From Klebsormidium nitens (taxonomy: Eukaryota; Plantae; Klebsormidiophyceae), in NCBI GenBank assembly GCA_000708835.1, contig DF237436.1:1-64000 (forward strand): 64,000 nucleotides of DNA, in the 5' to 3' direction. Numbering within the stretch: position 1 is the first letter of the stretch; each line of letters begins with the position of its first letter. The notes under the pieces are model-generated. The model did no database searches. It was not told the DNA's origin and saw only the letters and a program-made list of their open reading frames with translations. This document shows positions 58,410 through 64,000 of the stretch, one piece after another. A program made the position numbers and the translations under genes.

Positions 58410-59688
58410 CTAATAGAGCGTGCTATTCCAAGGAACTTGATAACCTCTCGGGTACGATGTGTAGATCTTGGGATAAGCTGGCCAGACGTCCTTCACAAAC
58501 GGCCCATAGAAAGTCTTTGGGAGCACTGCAAAACGACGCAGCCGGCAAGGTGAGCAGCTAGAGCAAGGTTGGATGGGGATTAGAAACGCATCACTTTCCT
58601 GCAGCTAAAAGACACACCTCACGCAAGGACTTGCCTGCCATGACGAGAACAAGCTAGGAAGGAGTTCAGCCCTCGCTGCGCGCACAACTCAGATGAAGTC
58701 AGAAGAGCGCAAGCAGAGTAAGAAAGTCGTCTTTGAAACAGCGTTCATATTCATTTAACGCCTGCACTTACCCAAGTACCGATCGTCTCGCACTTCGAGA
58801 GCAACTTGGAGGAGGCCCAAGAAATAGAGTAAGAAGCCACTGTACAGGACGCAGAAGACGAGCAGAATGTAGCCTGCAAAGTCGTGAGAAGAGATGAGTA
58901 AAGCCCCTAGGAGGGTTGATGAATGCTGTCACGATTGGGTGTGTTTCAGCTGTGGGCTCAGTTTCAACGAGCTGTGAATGGGCATACTCTGCTTACGAGG
59001 GCGCACCCACCTTTCAGCATTGGTTGACAGGAGAATTTCCTAAGTCATTGTGAGCACCGGCGCTACTGCAAGCTTCCAGCTCACTTTCAAAAGCAGGAAG
59101 GAGACCACCTTCTCACCCCAGTTCCGGTAGGTGATGCCAAAGACCCCGGGGAACCGCTTCTTGATGATGCGCATGGACGGGGATCGGCCATAGTTTCTCC
59201 GAGCCGAGGGGCTCCGAGTCTGAGGGAAAGCAAAAGCAGGACCTCAGCAAAAGAGACTTCTTTGGCAGCTCAAACCTCAAAGTCCCAAACTTAGGCTGCT
59301 GATCCTGCTTAAGAACAACCAAAATACTTGCTTTTTCGACTTTTGATGAACTAACTTCTTGACTTCAGCTTTCACACCCGCAGCACATCAGTGCTTCACC
59401 CATGTACCTAGGGGATGCTTGTACATGCCAGATGTTTGAGATCTGTGCTGCACAGGTCGGCCCCGGCATTTTGGGCCGGGCGAAACTCCGTCCTAGCTAT
59501 GACACACACTGGCAACTCAAGGCTGTGCAAAGGCTGCCCAGCAACCGGTGCATAGAGTAATCAGGAATGCTCTCAGTCATGGGAAAGGATGACAGCAGCA
59601 CTCTAAGAGGTGACGACCAAGGGTTGTTGACCTTTCTCACCAATTCAATGTTGGAATCGATGGCGACCCTGGCCGCAGGCGAGGCCAT
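58410..59688 (-). CDS. Small (~122 aa) single-pass membrane protein of unknown function
   Basis: Exons 59641-59688, 59117-59219, 58772-58873, 58410-58525 join in frame with canonical GT-AG: MASPAARVAIDSNIELTRSPSARRNYGRSPSMRIIKKRFPGVFGITYRNWGYILLVFCVLYSGFLLYFLGLLQVALEVRDDRYLVLPKTFYGPFVKDVWPAYPKIYTSYPRGYQVPWNSTLY. Last exon may be incomplete. Confidence 0.7.
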
Positions 59689-60178
59689 GGCTTGCTCTGC
59701 CCACTGCCCTCCTCCGGCCCCTCAAATGCAGGTCACTCTGCGGCAAGGCTAGTACATTCAGCAATAAGAGCCCGCTGGCACTGCTGCCCCTCCCAGCAGA
59801 TGAGACAGGAACTCCCAAGAACGCTCTTGGCGGTCCTGCACACCTGAAAAGTTCTTCTTGGACCGCTGTCCTGCCTCCCGTTTATAACTAGGCAACTGGG
59901 TAGGATCCTGCAACCCTTCAGGCGCAAGGGCAGACTGAGGCACTGCGGATCCAAGAGCACTCTACTACCTAATAGAATTTCGACCAGACTCTCACACCTG
60001 CATTCATACCACAGGTCCTAGTCATGTCCATTCAGACATTAGTCCATACTGTATCTATAATCTAGTGTGAATTGTTGCGTGAGGATTTTTACGGTGTGTC
60101 AATGACATCGTGACTGAGGCCCAGGGTGCGTTCTGAACCGGCCGGCGGCGGCCGATGGAAACGCTTACCAACCTCAGT

Positions 60179-60199
60179 GCGCGCGCGGGCTTTATTTAT
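60179..60199 (-). promoter_or_regulatory. Putative core promoter of the small membrane-protein gene: TATA-like box followed by (CG)4
   Basis: Minus strand ATAAATAAAGccCGCGCGCGC followed ~10 nt later by a GTAAGC donor (5'-UTR intron). Confidence 0.4.
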
Positions 60200-61382
60200 C
60201 GACGGTGCGAAATTTTATTAACTTGAGATCGGACGGTATGAATTGGCTTTCAAAGTTCTCGTCTACATTGTACCAACGGTGCTGATGATGCTGATGCTAC
60301 CGGTATCTAAGTGGTATTAGCCTATAGTACCCTGAGGTCACGCCACGCACGCGAGCGAGCTGAGCCTGAACTTCGTGTGTACCGACAACCTTTCTCATTG
60401 CAACTAAACTATACCTTAGGGGGAGTCCACCTCGCGAGCTTCTGAAATGTTCCTTCGGCATCTCCGTAACAGGATTTTGGAGTCAGTACTTTTATGCAAG
60501 CCGCGCATGGCGATGCGCCATGCGGCTGAATTGAAAGAAGGGCAGAAAGAGTGTATTGCTCTCGCAGTTGTTCGCCCCAAGTCGTCCTAGTCGTGTGCAA
60601 AACACGTGCGCAGGCGGTATATCTCCATCAGGTGCGATTAGATGGGATAGAAGGAATGCATGCCCGCGAATTTGTGTTTGACGAATCCGCCATGTGGAGT
60701 GGGAAGAGTATCTGAGTCTCCAGCACCGTCAGCTGCATTGCGGAAATTGTACAAATACATCAGCCCTCGGAGCTAATTCCAAAGTTGCTCATGCATGCTC
60801 CGTTCGCAAACTCGCTGCAACAGCACATGGCACTAACATCGTGAGCTCTATCAAGTAAGATTGCCCGCACGCCGGAGCCGTATATTGATGTTCCGAATTA
60901 AGCATGTCGATCTGATCTTGGATCCTTTTGCTCAACAGGCTTTGTTTACTATCTTGAATATTTGATTGTTGTAATTTGATTGTACAATACATATTGCGTT
61001 TGAAACCAATGAGAAAGGAAGGGCTCTTTGGGGGGCCTTGCTGGTCAACTCTAGCTGACCTGATCTTACGAAAGCGGAATGTCAGATTTGGATCAAACAT
61101 CCACCGGCGGTGTCCTCACACAGATATGAGTCTCTCCATCCAATATGATTAGTCAGTGCCGCTTTGGCCCCTCATCATGGTTCCAGGCTCCCGGCTGCCC
61201 GGGGCTTTGTGACTCGGATCGCTTTGACGTTAGATGCCGTATGAGCTTAGCTCGCTGGTTTGGAGATGTTGAGATGTGGCTTCACATGCGACGCCCTGAC
61301 ACACAGCAACGCATGTGCATGCCAACCTTCGTCATACACGCGTGGGGTTTGCAGCTTGTCAACTCGAAATGATTCAACCATC

Positions 61383-64000
61383 TTACTTGGCTCTCCGACG
61401 AAACAAAAACTTTATCTCCCCGTTCTGCAGCCTCTGGCCCGAGATCACAAAACGAGCACCCTGCACCAGCATCCGCTGCATGATTCTCGCGATGTTGTGT
61501 GCGTCATCCAGCCCGACGTGGTGCGTACCCCACAGCGGAAGTTGGAGGTCCCGCAGCATCGGCCGCATGCCGCTTGCCTGCATGAAGATAATTCAACGAA
61601 GTCGGTATTCAGAAGGGACTTCAAAAGCAAGCGGGAAAACTACGCGACAACGTCGGCGTTTAGTGAAGACTCCGGAAGCAAGCAGGAGAACCACGCTACG
61701 ACTACGGCGCTGCGAGGTACGAAGGGTACGAAAGAGGTCGAAGCTTGAAATCAAGGACAATAATTGCTGTGACTTCGCGTCGTCAGCCGACGTACATATG
61801 CCGAGAATCCGCTTCCAAAATAGGGCTGTAGCCCGGTGCTTGATGTGTGAAAGGTTGCGGCGACGAGCTCTTTCACGGTTGAATCTGAAGACTGTAAGGA
61901 CTCGTGCCGAAAAAACAACTTTGAGAAACCAGCACGAGGGTGTGCCTCCGAATCGGGTATGGGCTCGGGGACCAAACCTGAGAACGGATGGAGACTCACG
62001 TTTCGTCTGTAGTGGTTGACGTAGATGTCTTTGATGTTTATCCACTCATTAAAGTAAGGAGGTATGCCGATCTCCGAAGAAACGCACTGCTCCGCGATCT
62101 TGGTCTTGATGTCCCAATTACCACTGCAAGAGGAGAGAGCAGCATTGTGTCAATCGACTATACGTAAGGCGGGTAAAGTGCCATTTACGCGAAGAACGTC
62201 CGAAGATTGGAACAGGAACAAGCTCGTGGAATCGATGGTTTGCGCTTGACCAGGCGGGATCGCAGGATCAAGTGAACACTCAGGGCCCGTCGTCAATTCA
62301 GCATATCAACCGAAAACGGTTCAAAATCAGGCCACGAAATGCAAAAGCGTACCAAGCCCTGGATCCACCGAGGAGCTGCAGAGAGAAAACATTCTTGTCG
62401 CACAGACAGGCTTGGGGACCTGGGTCAAACTCACCAAGTAACAAACGCTGCATTTTTGACTCACCAAGTAACAAACGCTGCATTTTGCAGCTTGCCTGAC
62501 GTCGAGGCCGCTTCGTTCGCCGCCTCGGGTCCCTGGTCTTTGTCTGAAGTTGCCGTGCTGCCGTCATTCTCTGCCCCCGACGTTTGCTGTGCGCTCTCGT
62601 TCGTCGGCGGCCTCCACAGGCCGTGCCCCTCTAGCCACACCTCGAACTCGTCCAGGACTTGGGTGAACGGGATGGCGGTGTCAAACCAAACGCTGCAAGC
62701 AGGGCGCTGCACGTGAGAACAAATGCGAGCCAGGAGCTAGAGAGAGTCAAAGATCGCCCGGTCGTTTAGTTGAAACATCATGGGGATTCGTTACTGAGGA
62801 ACGCCGTGGGCGTTGCAGGCAGAAGCCTACCTAAAGGCAGCCCTCACGCACGCACAGAAAATGAAAAGCCCCAGCAAATTGGAGTCTCGAGAGACTCACC
62901 GGTGAATGCCCATCAGGCCGTATTTGCCCTTCACGTATTGTGTAATGTACTCATCGGACATTTTGACGGGGCAAACAAATCTGCAAGAAAGGCACAGAGA
63001 AAAGTAGGTTCACTAGCACTTCAAGGAGGACCGGGATCCCCTAGCCAAAGGTGACGAAGATTCAAGCACTGTAACATGGGCTTGCACACCCTGCGAGGGA
63101 GTATGCAGGCTGGCCAGACGCCTGCCTGGCCGTTTAAGTATCCAGTGCTTTGCAGCGACATTCCTTCAGAAACAACAACCCCAAATTGGCAACATGAAGA
63201 AATGATGAGTAACCAAGTATTCGCTTCGGCTTCTACCTATGAAAGCGGTCCAGCACTTTGAGAGTCTTGGGGTCGAGCAAGACGACTGGAAACTCCAGGA
63301 TCTCGACGCGCCCCTCCAGGTCCAGGATGAGGTACTTGTCAAACGGCTGGGGCCGCACCCGCCGCCAATCGGCAGGCCGCACTGGCAGCTCTGGATACTT
63401 GTGGGCATGTTGGTCCGTGTGGTTTGCATTCCACCCCTGGCACGAGCAACAGCAGTCGCCGCCTCAGCTAGTATCTATATGCTAGACACTTAGGGGACTC
63501 TTGATGATGAGGACTCTCAGCCCCATGACCACAAAAATAAGAAGTGAGAGGCTGGAGGTTGTACGGCGGCACACAGTTGGCTGTTTGGTGAAACACTCCC
63601 CACTGACGAGAATGGAATGTTGAGGGGCTTCTTTGCAGACGAGATAGATGACTCTAGGCCTATGACTCAGCAATAAGGAGTCTCGAAGATTCCCAAGAAG
63701 GCTTTGATTGGCAGGGGTACGGCAGAATGAGGTGTGGGGTGTTCCTGACTGTAACTGATCTGCGGGGGAGGACTCAATGTCTCACCGACACAGAGCAGGA
63801 GCTTTGAGCTCGACAGACAGTAGATTTACAAAGCAGGAAAAAGCTGCCAAAGACGGGGGCCCAGTACTCGTTCAGGTGCACCAAATGGCACTGAGTCAGT
63901 GGCTGTTTTCAAGCCGCTCTCAGAATGTGATACAATAGGTGCACCACTTGCCTGATCGCATTTTCCCTGGGTCCAGTAGTAACAAAGGCGTTTTGTCCCC
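61383..64000 (-). CDS. ERL1: ERI1-like DEDDh 3'-5' exoribonuclease (plant ERL1/ERIL1 type), 5' end outside window
   Basis: Exons 63952->64000, 63237-63436, 62900-62980, 62465-62692, 62000-62123, 61383-61577. RLCYYWTQGKCDQ|GWNANHTDQHAH; YLILDLEGRVEILEFPV (ExoI); DTAIPF..V..EFE.WL; AAFVTCGNWDIKTKI.EQC (ExoII); EWINIKD; GTHHVGLDDAHNIARI (ExoIII). Matches remembered Arabidopsis At3g15140 motifs. Confidence 0.93.
62429..62486. repeat. 30-nt-period tandem duplication of an ERL1 exon end plus splice donor
   Basis: actcaccaagtaacaaacgctgcatttt at 62429-62456 and 62459-62486. Confidence 0.95.

Noticed and set aside
58772-59219. PIG-Y (GPI-GlcNAc transferase subunit) identity for the small membrane protein
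   Set aside because: WGYILL and DDRY are reminiscent, but the YYC..LxP motif and the second TM helix are absent.
61315-62019. 234-aa plus-strand ORF
   Set aside because: Overlaps ERL1 exons in antisense and crosses its introns; low-complexity Arg-rich sequence with no recognisable domain.

Overview
Intron-rich eukaryotic nuclear DNA (roughly 50% GC, GC-rich exons, GT[A/G]AG/GTGCG donors, pyrimidine-rich CAG acceptors, mostly 200-900 nt introns). Several genes are clear homologues of land-plant families, so a streptophyte green alga (Klebsormidium-like) is inferred, not proven. Most of the supplied six-frame ORFs are noise or exon fragments. By manual splicing with phase checks I reconstruct ten protein-coding genes: (+) a ~765-aa secreted protein with a PLC/GDPD-like N-terminus (783-10519); (-) a GT23/alpha-1,6-fucosyltransferase-like Golgi enzyme (11301-18666); (+) an NXPE/PC-esterase-like SGNH protein (20845-~23995); (-) a full-size 25-exon ABCA transporter (25192-41105); (-) MED19; (+) RPL14; (-) a signal peptide/Cys-rich/Pro-rich/TM/RING-HC protein; (+) a Lin0512-family protein; (-) a 122-aa orphan single-pass membrane protein; (-) an ERI1-like (ERL1) exonuclease running off the window end. 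Most interesting: an intact ABCA in which BOTH ABC signature motifs and BOTH H-switch histidines are lost; a receptor-like transmembrane RING E3 ligase; a 13-copy GTAC cluster between a divergent fucosyltransferase/acylesterase pair whose esterase has Cys in place of the catalytic Ser; and an intronic array of four related hairpins. No rRNA, convincing tRNA, CRISPR array or transposase/RT ORF was recognised.
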